Positions 48,738-57,622 of a stretch of 64,000 nt of DNA are shown here, piece after piece (the stretch's first letter is position 1; each line of letters starts with the position of its first letter). Under the pieces are notes generated by a model that was not told where the DNA came from, ran no database searches, and worked only from the letters and a program-made list of their open reading frames with translations. The stretch is taken from positions 320,001 to 384,000 of the forward strand of contig CBDCTZ010000008.1 of NCBI GenBank assembly GCA_965222375.1. Direction: 5' to 3'. A program made the position numbers and the translations under genes. This DNA comes from Polyangiaceae bacterium (GTDB lineage Bacteria > Myxococcota_A > Polyangia > Polyangiales > Polyangiaceae).

Positions 48738-49772
48738 ATGAAACAGTTGCGCTTGCTTGGGGTCATGGCATTCGTGGCGGTGGCTGTCGCCGCCTGCTCG
48801 AGTGATTCGGACCCCAAGAAGGGTGGTACCGGCGGGGCTGGGGGCAGTGGGGGTGGCTCAGCCTGCAAGCCGACGGCGGATGCGTGCTACGTGGCGGGCC
48901 CGAGCGGCCCGGGCAACGAGTGCATGGCCCGGGCGGACTACTCCGCAGCGACCAAAACGCAGCTCCGAGCGACGTCCCACCAAGTCAAGAGCCCGACCAC
49001 CTTGGCTGCACCCTTCATGCAGGATGCCATCATCACGCTGAAGAGCGCGCTGTTCGAGCCCGACTGCAACCAGCTCGGAACCGGTCAATTCAACTTGCTC
49101 ATGGAGCTGGACGAGACCGCATCCACCCTCACCATGTCCGGCGGCGTCCCGCAGAAACTCGTGGGGTCCGCGCCCGACGGCGCGTGCCACGTCAAGGTAA
49201 CGGACCCCGGGTCAGGCTTGAAGGTTGAACCTGTGACGGCAAAAGCAACCTTAGGCGGAGACGGTAGCTTCGAAGCAACGCTGCCCCTCTTCGTGATGCC
49301 CATCTACCTGGAGGACAAGGCGGATCTCGACAGTGTCGTGCTGATGCCGCTACACGAAATGCGCGTCAGCGGGAAGCTCTCCGCCGACAAGAATTGCGTC
49401 GGCCGCTACGCGCATGAGCGCGTCAATGCTGGGCTGCAGTGTCAGGCCAACGAGAGCGAATTCGCCTGGGACCCGGCGGGCACGTACGAGGGCTACATCA
49501 CGGTGGAAGAAGCGGACGAGGTCTTCGTGCACTCCCTGGGACAGACCCTCTGCGTGGTGCTGACGGGAGACCCCAAGAAGTGGGAAGGCCCCAAGCCCGA
49601 TTCCAACTGCGCAACCAGCCCAGGCTTCCAGAACAGCGGCGCCCTGCCCAAGGGCGACTGGTGTTCGACGACGAACAGCGCCGGTGGCTGCCAGGACAGC
49701 TGGCGCTTGGTCATCGATTTCGCCGCGCAGGCGGTGAGCATCGGTGGTGAGTACGGCAACGGCTGCCCTTGA
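48738..49772 (+). CDS. Cys-rich secreted lipoprotein
   Basis: VAAC-SSDS lipobox, Gly-rich linker, multiple Cys. Confidence 0.8.
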   Translation: MKQLRLLGVMAFVAVAVAACSSDSDPKKGGTGGAGGSGGGSACKPTADACYVAGPSGPGNECMARADYSAATKTQLRATSHQVKSPTTLAAPFMQDAIITLKSALFEPDCNQLGTGQFNLLMELDETASTLTMSGGVPQKLVGSAPDGACHVKVTDPGSGLKVEPVTAKATLGGDGSFEATLPLFVMPIYLEDKADLDSVVLMPLHEMRVSGKLSADKNCVGRYAHERVNAGLQCQANESEFAWDPAGTYEGYITVEEADEVFVHSLGQTLCVVLTGDPKKWEGPKPDSNCATSPGFQNSGALPKGDWCSTTNSAGGCQDSWRLVIDFAAQAVSIGGEYGNGCP

Positions 49773-49939
49773 GCTTCGTCCAAGGGCAGCAACGACGCAG
49801 TGCGGGGCGCACCTTAGCGCACATTCGCCTACCTGAAGATCTGCATGCAGATCCGAACGGGCGGCCAAAGCTGAGCTAAGATCAGGTGCGTTCGCCTAGG
49901 GGCGCCATGCGCGGCCGGGAGCCGCAACGGGAGAGTCTT

Positions 49940-52900
49940 ATGCCGCGTTGGCTGAAGCATATCTTTTGCGTCGTTTGCTTGGTTGTGTTCGCGGGCTGCG
50001 CGGGCAGTTGTTCGAGCTGTAGCGGATGCGGAATGACGCCTCTCGACGGAGGCTTTCCAAACGAAAAGCGGATCGAGAACGCAGCGAGCGTACGTCTCAC
50101 CGAGAGTGGATTGAAGTTCATCGGCGACAACCTCGGTGCCATTGCGCCCAACCTCTTGGGCGACGTCGCCCAAGGCAATGCGGGCGTCGTCACCTTCAAC
50201 GTCCCGCCGGTCAATCAACCAATCAAGGATCCGATCCTGGGCATTGAGATCGGCAAAGCAAAGGTCTGCACCGGTGGGTCCAAGCCCAACGCCAATCCTC
50301 CCGAATGCGTGGTTGAAGCCGATCTCGGCAAAGCCAAGTTGACCCTAGCGACTAAGGTTCCGCACAATCTGACCATCAAAGGCACCCTGGCGGTGCGGCT
50401 GCAGAAAGCGCCCTTTACGGCCCTCGGCCTTAGCAGCGAAATCGTGCTGACCAAGGGCGCGAGTTGCAGCCAACGCGACTACGCCGAAATCCCGCTCGAC
50501 GTCGACATCTCCATCGAGGTCGACGACGACCCCAACCATGGCGGCCGCCAGGGGTACTCGCGCCTGAAAATCGCCAAACTCGACATCAGCCAAACGGCCA
50601 TCGAGAACTCCGTCGGATTCTGTGGCGGTGGCATTGCCACCTGGATCTTCAACCTGGTCAAGGGCCCAATCGTGGGCGGCGTGGTTGGCGGCCTCACCGA
50701 CACCGTCAAAGACGCGGTCGAGGAGCAGCTGTGCACCAGTCGAGATCCCGCGGCCGGAATCACTTGTCCGAAAGGCTCCGTCCCCGACAAGGACGACGTC
50801 TGCCGCTACTGCAATCCAGACGCCAACGGGATCTGCCAAGACACCAAAACCGAGTGCGTTTCCTTGGCCCTCGGCATCGACGGCAACTTCAACCTGTCTC
50901 AAGCCCTATCCAGCCTGTCGCCGGGCACCAAGGGCGGCTTCGACTTCATGATGGCCGTCGGCGGCGAGGGCCTGCGCGATGACAGCTCAGGCTTCAGCTG
51001 GGGCGATCTCAACCCGACGCCCTCTGCGCCAGGCGCCACCATGGGCCTCATGGGAGGCACTGAACCCAAGCCTGTCACGCAATGCGTGCCCATCGCCGCT
51101 CTGACTCAACCCACCGGCATTCCCATCCCAGACGAGCTCACCGCGAACACCCTCGCCGGCTGGACCGGAGAAGGGCCCCACCTCGGTTTGGCGCTGAGCG
51201 AGCGCTACATGAACTACGCCCTGGGTGCCGTCTACAACAGCGGCGCACTGTGCCTGGGCATCGGCTCGAGCACGCTGGGCTCGCTATTGAGCTCGGACAC
51301 CGTGGGGCTGCTGATCCCAAGCCTCAAGGACCTCGCGCGCCAGCGCAAGGCCGCTCCTTTGGCGCTCGTCCTCCGCCCCCAGCAGCCGCCCGTAGCGACG
51401 GTCGGCAACGGAACCGACATCAAGACGGATCCGCTGCTCGGCATCGCCCTGGACAAGCTGAGCATCGATTTCTACGTCTGGAGCAACGACCGCTTCATCC
51501 GCGGGTTCACGGCCACCTTCGACGTGGTGGCACCCGTCAACCTGGACGTGACCAGCGAGGGCCTCGCGCCGGTCATTGACGAGGTTCAGATCAACAACCC
51601 GGAGATCACCAACGGACCGCTGCTGCGGGAGGACACCGCGTCGGCCGCGAAGGCCCTGGCGGGCATCGTCGGCAGCCAGATCGGCGGGGCTTTGGGCGGC
51701 GCCATCGACCCCATCAATCTAAACGACCAGCTCAGCAGTGTGGGGCTGACCTTGGACATCCCGCCGACGGTCCAAGGACAGGGCAGCCCGGGCTTGCGCA
51801 AACTGGAAAAAGGCACCGATCGCTTCCTCGGCATCTTCGCGGCCCTAGGCGTGGCGCCCCCCGCAACCAACAGCGTGGCCGAGTTCCAGCTCGAGACGCT
51901 GGCAGAGGTCCGCGAGAAGAGGGTCACCAAAGACGGCCTGACGTTGCCGACGTTGACGGAGGAAAACCACCCGGTCGTGGTCGTGCGGGCCTCCAGCCCC
52001 CAGGACAACGGCGCCCAGCGCGTCGAGTACCAGTACCGAGTCAACGGCGGGATCTGGCATCCCTGGACCTTCAAGAAGGACTTGGAGATCCGCACGCCGG
52101 ATTTGCTGCTGCAGGCCAACCATTACGTCGAGGTGCGCTCGCGGGTGGAGGGCAAACCCCACAGTATGGATAGCTCCCCGGTTCGGCTCGATTTCCGCAT
52201 CGACAAGACCGCGCCCTTCGTCGACCTAGGTCGGCGCCCCAAGGCCGGGAAGGTCGACGTGTTCGTGCGCGACACTGTGTCCTCGCGCGATAAGGTGCGG
52301 GTGCGCTACGCCCTTGACGAGGACGCTTTCAATGAGTGGGGCCCCGCCGATCAGCTTTCGAACATCGAGGTCGGCGCCGCCGCCCAGGTGCGTATCGAGG
52401 CCGTAGACGAAGAGGGCAACGTGGCCAGCGTCAGCCAAGGGCTGATCCGCGGTAAGGAAGATGCATCCCTGGGCAACGATAGCGGCTGCAACTGCGCCCT
52501 GGTCGGAACCAATGCAGGTGGCTCGTCGCCCCTTCGCTACGGCTTCCCTGCCCTTCTCGCCCTGGGCTTGGGCCTGTTTGCACGCCGCTGTGCCCGCAAC
52601 CGCCCTCGACCCGAGCGCAAGAACCCGGCAACCCTGCGCCGAGCACGCACCTTGAGCGGTGTAGCTATGATGGCCGTGGCGATGAGCTACTCGGGCTGCT
52701 CTTGTGGCGACGACGGTGACTCCAAGGGCAACGGTGGCAGCGGCGGCAAGCCGGCTGGCTCCTGCCCCGACGCCGAGGATTGCGAGCTGCTCGAGCCGGG
52801 CCTGATCGGCGCCTACGCTTCCGCAACCGTGGCTGCCGACGGCACCGTGTGGGTGAGCGCCTACAACGATTTCGGCTACGGCGTCGCCGATAGCTACGAA

Positions 52901-54193
52901 GAGACCTACGAATACGGCGATCTCGTGGTCGGAAAGTTGGAGGGCGACAAGGTCACCTGGGCCAGTGTGGACGGACTGCCGGCCGTAGACGAGTCCCTCG
53001 AGCCCGGTGCCGTGGGCGGCCCGCCCGACCCGTTTTTGTTCGACATCACGGGCTTCCGCAATGGTCTGACGGAGCCCGGAGACGATGTCGGCCTGTGGAC
53101 AAGCATCGCCGTTATCGAGGACCAACCAGCCGTGGCGTACTACGACGCTACGAATCGCGCGCTGCGCTACGCACGCTTCGACGGCAAGGCGTGGAGCAGC
53201 CACGAGGTCCAGGCCGTCGACAAGGCCGACATCGGGCGCTACGCCAAACTGCTCAACGTCGACGGCAAACCGGTGATCGCGTTTTTGGCGATCGAAGCCG
53301 GCGGTACTGACGGCATGGCCAAAAGCACAGTTCGCGTGGCGACTGCAAGCAGTGGCTCTCCCGGCGCAGCCGCCGACTGGACCTTCGAAGACGCCGCTGT
53401 CGATGCGCTGACGCCGTGCAACGCAGCGCTGTGCGGCGGAGACAGCTGCGTGACCAAGACGGGCAAATGCTCGACCAAGATCGGCGGCTGCGATCCCAAA
53501 TGCGGAACCGGAGAAGCCTGCGTGGACATCGGCGCGGGCGCGACCTGTGAGGCGATCGATGATCCTGCGGCTCCGTCCACCTATCCCGAGGCAGCTGGGC
53601 TCTATATCGCCCTTTCCAAGACGGGTTCCGGGCTGGGCGTCGCTTATTACGACCGCATTCACGGCAACATGATGGCGGTACGCAAGGACGGCGGCACCTG
53701 GCAGCCCCCGGTGCTCGTGGATGGCCAAACCACCGGCCCGAACGGGCCCGTGGACAGCGGCGACGTTGGCCTGGGTGCGGGGCTGTTTGTGGACAGCGCC
53801 GGAGACTGGCATCTGTCCTACGTCAACGGCTTCGACGAAACTCTGATCTACATGAAACTCGCCGGGGGCACGACTCCCGGAGCCCCAGAGGTCGTGGACG
53901 ACGGCTCCACGGCGGATGGCCAGGCCGTGGTTGGCGATGACTCGTCGATCTTCGTCACCTCCTCGGGCGAAGTGCGCATCGCCTACCAAGACGCGACCAA
54001 CGGTACCTTGCGTTGGGCGATCGGTACGCCCAACGGAGCCACGCACACCTGGACGAAGAAGAACCTGACCGTACCGGGCTTCTCCGGCGGCTTCAATCAG
54101 ATCTTGGACGTCGGAGGCGCTAGCAAGATCGTGTCGTTCTGGCGGGAAGCCAAACCGAAGACCCGTGGCGACGTCGCCGTCGTTTCCCCCTGA
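49940..54193 (+). CDS. Large surface protein with internal MYXO-CTERM-like tag and second lipoprotein signal
   Basis: GGAG RBS; N-terminal FAGC; internal GCNC-TM-RR; then SGCSC; C-terminal half with repeated beta-strand modules (VAYYD, LSYVN, IAYQD). Confidence 0.85.
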   Translation: MPRWLKHIFCVVCLVVFAGCAGSCSSCSGCGMTPLDGGFPNEKRIENAASVRLTESGLKFIGDNLGAIAPNLLGDVAQGNAGVVTFNVPPVNQPIKDPILGIEIGKAKVCTGGSKPNANPPECVVEADLGKAKLTLATKVPHNLTIKGTLAVRLQKAPFTALGLSSEIVLTKGASCSQRDYAEIPLDVDISIEVDDDPNHGGRQGYSRLKIAKLDISQTAIENSVGFCGGGIATWIFNLVKGPIVGGVVGGLTDTVKDAVEEQLCTSRDPAAGITCPKGSVPDKDDVCRYCNPDANGICQDTKTECVSLALGIDGNFNLSQALSSLSPGTKGGFDFMMAVGGEGLRDDSSGFSWGDLNPTPSAPGATMGLMGGTEPKPVTQCVPIAALTQPTGIPIPDELTANTLAGWTGEGPHLGLALSERYMNYALGAVYNSGALCLGIGSSTLGSLLSSDTVGLLIPSLKDLARQRKAAPLALVLRPQQPPVATVGNGTDIKTDPLLGIALDKLSIDFYVWSNDRFIRGFTATFDVVAPVNLDVTSEGLAPVIDEVQINNPEITNGPLLREDTASAAKALAGIVGSQIGGALGGAIDPINLNDQLSSVGLTLDIPPTVQGQGSPGLRKLEKGTDRFLGIFAALGVAPPATNSVAEFQLETLAEVREKRVTKDGLTLPTLTEENHPVVVVRASSPQDNGAQRVEYQYRVNGGIWHPWTFKKDLEIRTPDLLLQANHYVEVRSRVEGKPHSMDSSPVRLDFRIDKTAPFVDLGRRPKAGKVDVFVRDTVSSRDKVRVRYALDEDAFNEWGPADQLSNIEVGAAAQVRIEAVDEEGNVASVSQGLIRGKEDASLGNDSGCNCALVGTNAGGSSPLRYGFPALLALGLGLFARRCARNRPRPERKNPATLRRARTLSGVAMMAVAMSYSGCSCGDDGDSKGNGGSGGKPAGSCPDAEDCELLEPGLIGAYASATVAADGTVWVSAYNDFGYGVADSYEETYEYGDLVVGKLEGDKVTWASVDGLPAVDESLEPGAVGGPPDPFLFDITGFRNGLTEPGDDVGLWTSIAVIEDQPAVAYYDATNRALRYARFDGKAWSSHEVQAVDKADIGRYAKLLNVDGKPVIAFLAIEAGGTDGMAKSTVRVATASSGSPGAAADWTFEDAAVDALTPCNAALCGGDSCVTKTGKCSTKIGGCDPKCGTGEACVDIGAGATCEAIDDPAAPSTYPEAAGLYIALSKTGSGLGVAYYDRIHGNMMAVRKDGGTWQPPVLVDGQTTGPNGPVDSGDVGLGAGLFVDSAGDWHLSYVNGFDETLIYMKLAGGTTPGAPEVVDDGSTADGQAVVGDDSSIFVTSSGEVRIAYQDATNGTLRWAIGTPNGATHTWTKKNLTVPGFSGGFNQILDVGGASKIVSFWREAKPKTRGDVAVVSP

Positions 54194-54213
54194 ACCAAGC
54201 TACGCGTCGGGGC

Positions 54214-54483
54214 TCAGGCTGCCACGGTGGCTGCGTCGGGCTCCGACGTGAACATCGCCGTCGCCGGTCCGTCCGCTACGCGGCGCTCTTCTGCCACGAG
54301 GGACAGCAATTCGTTCTTGTCGGCGATGCCGGCTTCCAGCATGAGCCGCATGTAGCCATCTACGTAGCCGTGGGCGCGAGCCAGGCGTGCGTACGCCACG
54401 CCGTCCGTGCGTAGGCGAAACACGTCGCGCAACATCAGGCGAAGGTTGTCGAACATCTCATTTTTGGTCTGGGTCGAAGACAT
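54214..54483 (-). CDS. Hypothetical 89-aa protein
   Basis: AGGAG upstream of ATG 54483; AHGYVDGYMR helical motif. Confidence 0.65.
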   Translation of the reverse strand: MSSTQTKNEMFDNLRLMLRDVFRLRTDGVAYARLARAHGYVDGYMRLMLEAGIADKNELLSLVAEERRVADGPATAMFTSEPDAATVAA

Positions 54484-54701
54484 GCTCCCGAAACTCCTTG
54501 GCCGCTCGAACTGCCTCGCTGGCCTTGACGATCTGGGTATCGGGTCAGCGCGTTCCGGGCCAAGTTTTGACGAACGAGCGCGCCGCTGACGCAGCGCAGC
54601 ACCTACATGCACTCCAACCAGGCGCCCCAATCGACAGCAAATATTGGTCGACGCGACAATGTGTAGCGGAACGCGTGGCGTTCGGATATCGGAAGGACCC
54701 G

Positions 54702-55847
54702 ATGACCGCTCCGAGCCCCGCCTCGCTCGTCCCCGAGCTCGAAAGCCACGAGACCCTCCCGGCAATCGTGGCTGCGCTGCGTGAGCATCTACTAGGCGTG
54801 CCCACGCAGCGTCGCAGCGAGATCCTGAGCGTCGGCGCCGGGGAGATCGATCTCGACGTGGACGCCATGCAGACGCCGTGGGGCAACGTGCGGGAGATCC
54901 TCAGCGCGGGACCGAGTTCGGCAACGGCGCGCGCGCTGCTTGCGGCTGGCGTCGCACTCGCTGTGCGCGAAGACTTTCCCAGTGCACCCGAAACCGAGAA
55001 GCAGCGCGTCAAGGAGCTCATCGCTCTCGCTGCGCATCATCACATGGACGCCTTGTCCGCCATCGACCTGGCCCTGGGCGAGGGTGCCGCCTCGTTCTGG
55101 TCCGGCGCTGCGAGCAGCTTGGGCGAGCTCAGTCCCGCGGAGGCCGTGGTCGCCGTGTTGGCGCTCAAGCAAAGCCCAAGCGAGGTCGCTCAGAGTGCCG
55201 TGCTGAAGTTGTCCGAGTCGGAAACGGACAACACACTTCTCAAAGCGCTCCTGGTGGCTCCGTCTAGCGAGGTCAAGCGCCTCAGCGGAGAGTTGAGTCC
55301 GTCGCCACGGCATCCTGCGTTAACGGTACTGTTGGCCATCACAGGACTCCTGTTCGTGATCGCTGTCGTGCGCCTGCTGGGCCGCTTGGCCCTGGCCTAT
55401 CGCCGCCCCGCGGAGCTGACCATCACCGAGCGCGGGGTCGAAGTGCTGTACCGCACCGAGTTGCTCGGTCGCGTGCTGCGGGACCGCTCCACCCTGGTGC
55501 CCCTTTCCAACATCGCCAAGCTCACCCGGGAAGTGCGTTTCACCCGCACTGGCTTGTACCTAGGACTGATTGCGCTCTGCCTGGGCACCTACCTGGGCAT
55601 GGGCCTACTCGTCGATGGTGCCCGTGTGCCCGGCACTTCCCCGCCCCTGCTCGGCTTAGGCCTGTTGATCATCGGGATCGGCGTGGCGTTGGACTTTGGC
55701 CTCTCGCTGCTGAGCGACGAGGCCCGGGGGCGCTGCCGCCTCGTGGTGGTCCCCCGCAAGGGCCCCAGCTTGTGCGTCGGTGCCCTCGATCCCGCTCGGG
55801 CGGACGCACTGCTGCAGACCGTCGCAAAGCGGGCCGCCCAAGGCTGA
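54702..55847 (+). CDS. Hypothetical membrane protein (helical N-domain, three TM segments)
   Basis: AAGGA before ATG 54702; hydrophobic C-terminal helices. Confidence 0.7.
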   Translation: MTAPSPASLVPELESHETLPAIVAALREHLLGVPTQRRSEILSVGAGEIDLDVDAMQTPWGNVREILSAGPSSATARALLAAGVALAVREDFPSAPETEKQRVKELIALAAHHHMDALSAIDLALGEGAASFWSGAASSLGELSPAEAVVAVLALKQSPSEVAQSAVLKLSESETDNTLLKALLVAPSSEVKRLSGELSPSPRHPALTVLLAITGLLFVIAVVRLLGRLALAYRRPAELTITERGVEVLYRTELLGRVLRDRSTLVPLSNIAKLTREVRFTRTGLYLGLIALCLGTYLGMGLLVDGARVPGTSPPLLGLGLLIIGIGVALDFGLSLLSDEARGRCRLVVVPRKGPSLCVGALDPARADALLQTVAKRAAQG

Positions 55848-55861
55848 CTCCCCGGCCGATT

Positions 55862-55990
55862 GGTTTTTTGGGTCGCGGACTTGAAGCGGCGCTGGGGCCT
55901 GCCTCTCGCGCTAGGTCGAGAGGCGCTCCGAGTGCGCCAGGGCGAGACGCGCGCAGCCACTCGCGGCAGGGCTCGACCAAACAAACAACC
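55862..55990. repeat. Second intergenic inverted-repeat element, ends related to 27394-27556
   Basis: Left end GGTTTTTTGGGTCG; right end reverse complement GGTTGTTTGTTTGGTCG. Confidence 0.5.
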
Positions 55991-56004
55991 CTGCCTGCCA
56001 GTGA

Positions 56005-57447
56005 TCAGTCCCTGGCCGCATCCGGGGGCTCGGGGGCCGCTGCCGCTTCCCGCGCTGTCGGTGCCGCAGCTGCCCCCGCATCGAGACCTGCGTCCGCGGC
56101 AGCAGCTGCCTTCTTCTTCTTGGCTTCTTTGGCCAGCTGTTCGGCGTAGCCGCTGATGGCCTCGAGCAGACTTCCTAGCTGCTTGGGAGTCGCAACCACC
56201 TTGCCGTGGATCTGCTTGCCCTTCGAAGTGAAGGCCACGGGTTCCACCAGCTTCACTTCGTCCCCGAGGAGAAAGCGCGCCGCCTTTCCGAAAACGCCGC
56301 CCTTTTTCGTGAGGTCGATCCGGGTGACCGTGTTCAAGCGCGTCGTTAGCAGCTGGGCGTTTTGTTTCGCTGCCGCTTCGGACTCGTCCTCCGCCACGAG
56401 CTCTGCGTAGGCACCGCCGTTGTCCGTCGGTACGATTTTCATGCGCACCCATTTGATCGACTTCGGGACCTGAAACGGGATCCCCCGGAATGCCCGCCAG
56501 GGCGTTATCACGTAGGTGGTCAGCGCCTCCTTGCCCTTCGGACGGGGGAATCTCAGGCTCTTGCCGACTTTCAACGCGTGATCAGCGGCACTCGGCGGCG
56601 TCACGACGACGATGCCCGGACGAGGCAGCACGAACACTCGCTCGGCACGATCCGCTTTAGCTCGGGCTGCTGACACCCCCGCGTCGAGCCAGCCACCAGC
56701 TGGATCTCTATTGACCAACGCATCAACGGCAGCCTTCACCCGGGTCGGATCCGCGCTGACTTTGAGGACCGCAACCACGCTGGACGAATCTTTCAACTGC
56801 GGCCCCGCAATCAGGACACGGTCGACGTCATTGACGGGATCCAGCCCACCTGGACCAAAGAAGTCTTTCCATTGCTCCGCCGCACCCAACAGGGTGCCAA
56901 TACGTTTTCCGAGTGGGTGAGAGCGGATGCGATCGTTGAAGATCAGCAGACGCACATTGGCGTTGGCGTCCGTGACCTTGCCGGCGCTGCCCGCCATCGC
57001 CACGGGGTCGCCAACGGAAGTTCCATTCTTGGGAGGCTTTGGCTTGTCGTCCGCACCTTCGTCGTCGCTGCCTTCCTCTTCGGGTTTATCCGGCACACTC
57101 AATGCCGTGTCATCGTCGTCGTCGTCCTCTAGTTCGTCGAAAGGATCCGTGTCGTCTTCCGCGCTCTCTTCACCCGGCTTGGCGCCGACTGCCTTGTCGC
57201 CTTCGCCGTCTTCCACGCCCACGGGGCCGAAGGCGTCGTCGGTGAGTAGGTCGACGGGAATAGCCGTGATGGGCGGCGCGGCCGGACCCGGGTCCTCCGT
57301 GGGGGCCTCGGCCAGCATACTGATCAATCCGAGCACCGCTGCGGCAGGAGTTAGCGGTACGTGCGCAAACAGGCTGAAGGCCAGCATGCGCCAAAACCGG
57401 CTGCTGCTTGTGTCTCGCTGGCCACGCCAGCTTGGACGACTGTCCAC
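56005..57447 (-). CDS. Single-pass membrane protein with Pro-rich/acidic linker and unknown periplasmic domain
   Basis: TM helix containing SLFAH; D/E-rich tract; start uncertain (57387-57456). Confidence 0.7.
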   Translation of the reverse strand: MDSRPSWRGQRDTSSSRFWRMLAFSLFAHVPLTPAAAVLGLISMLAEAPTEDPGPAAPPITAIPVDLLTDDAFGPVGVEDGEGDKAVGAKPGEESAEDDTDPFDELEDDDDDDTALSVPDKPEEEGSDDEGADDKPKPPKNGTSVGDPVAMAGSAGKVTDANANVRLLIFNDRIRSHPLGKRIGTLLGAAEQWKDFFGPGGLDPVNDVDRVLIAGPQLKDSSSVVAVLKVSADPTRVKAAVDALVNRDPAGGWLDAGVSAARAKADRAERVFVLPRPGIVVVTPPSAADHALKVGKSLRFPRPKGKEALTTYVITPWRAFRGIPFQVPKSIKWVRMKIVPTDNGGAYAELVAEDESEAAAKQNAQLLTTRLNTVTRIDLTKKGGVFGKAARFLLGDEVKLVEPVAFTSKGKQIHGKVVATPKQLGSLLEAISGYAEQLAKEAKKKKAAAAADAGLDAGAAAAPTAREAAAAPEPPDAARD

Positions 57448-57622
57448 GCCTCTCACGATAGCTCTGTCCAGTTTGACGGGCGAGACGGCGTGTTGGGTGC
57501 ATGGCACGGAACTTCCAGTCAAGATCACCGTATTTGTACGTTTTCCGGCCCGCGGGCCGAATCTAGAGAGCAACAAAGTGGTTCGACGACAGCTGTTCTG
57601 GGTAGTAAGCCGGCTGGGCTTC

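Noticed and set aside
52226..54046. Long antisense ORFs (also 18464-19960, 15338-16639, 34767-36044)
   Set aside because: Shadow frames opposite well-supported genes, with no recognisable motifs.
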